Shown here: positions 29,873 through 32,000 of the stretch, piece by piece
How the letters are laid out: each line of letters opens with the position of its first letter
Position numbering within the stretch: position 1 is the first letter of the stretch
From: Synechococcus elongatus PCC 6301
GTDB taxonomy: Bacteria > Cyanobacteriota > Cyanobacteriia > Synechococcales > Synechococcaceae
DNA length: 32,000 nt
Assembly (NCBI RefSeq): GCF_000010065.1
Contig: NC_006576.1
Coordinates: forward strand, 120,001-152,000
Direction: 5' to 3'
Notes under the pieces: model-generated
The model's input: the letters and a program-made list of their open reading frames with translations, nothing else
What the model was told of the DNA's origin: nothing
Database searches by the model: none
Translations under genes and position numbers: made by a program

Positions 29873-32000
29873 CGGACTTTGGTGTTCCCGTACTACGGCG
29901 GCCTCCTTTAGCCTTGGCCTGACCGGCTTTGGCCGCTAAGGCTGCAACTGCTGTTTCCAGGCTGATCGTCTCCGGCTTCTCATCCTCGGGCAGCGAGGCA
30001 TTGACCTTGCCATGTTTGAGGTAAAGACCGTAGGGACCCTCAAAAATTTGAATGGGGGCTTGGTCATCAGGATGGAGGCCAACCTCCCGAATCGGTTCCT
30101 TGCCGCGACCCCGACTCTTCTTGGGTTGTGCCAGGAGTTCGAGGGCACGATCGAGATCGATGGTCAGCACATCATCATCGGCTTTGAGCGATCGGTAATC
30201 CTTCTCACCACCCCCCAGATCGCAGACCACGTAGGGTCCAAATCGCCCTAGACCTGCTTGGATCCGTCGTCCTGTTTCGGGATGCTCGCCCAAGGTACGT
30301 GGTAGCGACAACAGCCCTACGGCTTGCTCCAACGAGATCGTTTCTAAGCTCATACCCTTGGGCAAAGAAGCCCGCTTCGGCTTGGGTTTTTCCTCGGTGG
30401 CTGCCCCAAGTTGGACGTAGGGACCGTAGGCACCCGTAAGCAGGTAAATCGGCTCGTCGGTTTCAGGATGTGTTCCCAGTTGGTCCGGCCCTTCGGTTTT
30501 TTGCCGCAGTAGTGTTTCCACTCGCTGGACATCCAAATCAGCAGGCGTTAGCTCCTTGGGCAGGTTTGCTTTGATCGGTTCTCCATCGGCCTCGGCCTCG
30601 AGGTAAGCGCCAAAACGACCAATACGGACTTTGGCGGGCAGTCCCTCCAGCGCGACTGTGCGAGCGGCAGCCGGATCAATTTCACTTTCGCGAAGTTTGA
30701 CCTGTTCTTCCAAGCCACGATCGCCCCGATAAAACTGACTGAGATAGGGTAGCCAGTCGACTTCACCATTGGAAATGTCGTCGAGGGACTGCTCCATCCG
30801 CGCACTGAAGCTGGTGTCCACCAAATCGGGGAAATGTTGCTCCAGCAATGCTGTCACTGCAAAAGCCGTGAAGGTCGGCGTTAGAGTGTTGCTCACCAAT
30901 TGGGCATAGCCGCGATCGACGATCGTGCCGATGATGCTGGCGTAGGTACTGGGACGACCAATGCCCTCGTTCTCCAGCATTTTGACCAGTGAGGCTTCGG
31001 TGTAGCGGGCTGGCGGCTGGGTTTCATGACCGATCGCGGCCAGTTCCTGACAGGTGGGGCGATCGCCCACCTTCAACGCCGGCAGCAGAATTTCGCGATC
31101 TTCTAGGGCTGCATCAGGATCGTCTGAGCCTTCAACGTAAGCGCGGAAGAAGCCCGGGAAATCGATCCGCTTGCCACTGGCGCGGAACTCAGCATTATCA
31201 ACCTCCAACAACACACTCAGCATGGTTTGTCGGGCCTCAGCCATCTGAGAGGCGATCGTGCGCTTCCAGATCAGGTCGTAGAGCGCAAACTCGGCGCCCG
31301 ACAGTCCCGTTTCTTGGGGCAGCCTAAACGTGTTCCCCGCTGGCCGAATTGCTTCGTGGGCTTCCTGGGCGTTTTTGCTCTTGGTGGTGAACTGGCGAGG
31401 CTGGGGGCTGAGATAGTTTTTGCCATACATCTGCTCAACGCAGCTGCGAGCTGCCTCGATCGCCTGTTGCGACAGATGGACCGAATCCGTCCGCATGTAG
31501 GTGATAAAGCCTCGCTCGTAGAGGCTCTGGGCGACTCGCATCGTTTCCCGGGCTGAGAGCCGTAGCTTCCGGTTCGACTCCTGCTGCAAGGTCGAAGTGG
31601 TGAAGGGTGGGGCTGGTTTGCGAGTGGTGGGTTTTTCTTCCAGCGACTTTACTTGCCAGGGCTGGGTCTGGAGGCGATCGCGCAGGGCTTCCGCTTCTTG
31701 CTGATCGAGCAGACAGACCTGACGGCCGGCAATGATTTGGCCGGTGCTTTCGTCAAAGTCATTGCCTGTGGCTAGCCGTTGGCCTGCCAATGTCCAGAGT
31801 TTGGCTTCAAACTGGCCAGCCTCCACCGTCAGCTGAGCTTTGAGATCCCAGTAGCTGCCTTGGCGGAAGGCCCGCCGCGCCCGTTCCCGCTGGACGAGTA
31901 GGCGTACTGCCACCGACTGCACCCGCCCGGCGGATAGGCCCCAGGCAATTTTTTTCCAGAGCAGGGGGGACAGGGTGTAGCCCACCAAGCGATCGAGAAT
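29805..32000 (-). CDS. topA: DNA topoisomerase I, 3' portion of gene (truncated by the window end)
   Basis: [83 protein letters not shown]-terminal topo repeats and a basic [14 protein letters not shown] tail. Confidence 0.97.
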   Translation of the reverse strand: MLDRLVGYTLSPLLWKKIAWGLSAGRVQSVAVRLLVQRERARRAFRQGSYWDLKAQLTVEAGQFEAKLWTLAGQRLATGNDFDESTGQIIAGRQVCLLDQQEAEALRDRLQTQPWQVKSLEEKPTTRKPAPPFTTSTLQQESNRKLRLSARETMRVAQSLYERGFITYMRTDSVHLSQQAIEAARSCVEQMYGKNYLSPQPRQFTTKSKNAQEAHEAIRPAGNTFRLPQETGLSGAEFALYDLIWKRTIASQMAEARQTMLSVLLEVDNAEFRASGKRIDFPGFFRAYVEGSDDPDAALEDREILLPALKVGDRPTCQELAAIGHETQPPARYTEASLVKMLENEGIGRPSTYASIIGTIVDRGYAQLVSNTLTPTFTAFAVTALLEQHFPDLVDTSFSARMEQSLDDISNGEVDWLPYLSQFYRGDRGLEEQVKLRESEIDPAAARTVALEGLPAKVRIGRFGAYLEAEADGEPIKANLPKELTPADLDVQRVETLLRQKTEGPDQLGTHPETDEPIYLLTGAYGPYVQLGAATEEKPKPKRASLPKGMSLETISLEQAVGLLSLPRTLGEHPETGRRIQAGLGRFGPYVVCDLGGGEKDYRSLKADDDVLTIDLDRALELLAQPKKSRGRGKEPIREVGLHPDDQAPIQIFEGPYGLYLKHGKVNASLPEDEKPETISLETAVAALAAKAGQAKAKGGRRSTGTPKSGETKARTTKTTKKTTTRRTTSR

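Overview
The window reads as a cyanobacterial chromosome segment of the Synechococcus elongatus PCC 7942/6301 type: HIP1 GCGATCGC octamers throughout, form IB Rubisco and a beta-carboxysome operon. The species assignment is recalled from gene content and protein sequences, not from a search. Gene order: 5' part of the beta-carbonic anhydrase gene (-); small secreted protein (+); acetolactate-decarboxylase-like/CARDB protein (+); class II fructose-bisphosphate aldolase (-); tRNA-Lys(UUU) (-); glyoxalase/VOC protein (-); cbiB/cobD (+); thrB (+); ndhD (+); RsbW-like anti-sigma ATPase (+); two small conserved proteins; menD (+); Pro-rich repeat protein (+); argC (-); ribBA (+); cyclophilin (-); two orphan genes (+), one phage-protein-like; purK (-); rbcS-rbcL (-); ccmO-N-M-L-K (-); chlN-chlL (-); small ORF (+); SLH-like lipoprotein (-); topA (-, truncated by the window end). 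The carboxysome/Rubisco locus is well described. The better candidates for undescribed biology are: (1) an AlsD-like H-x-H-x10-H metal motif on the same polypeptide as a CARDB domain, next to the carbonic anhydrase gene; (2) a strongly structured leader upstream of cbiB; (3) an orphan pair containing a phage virion-type protein, behind a 10-bp perfect AT palindrome; (4) hairpins at ccmK-ccmL and rbcL-rbcS, and inverted repeats overlapping the putative -10 boxes of both ccmK and rbcL. I found no CRISPR array, transposase or defence system.
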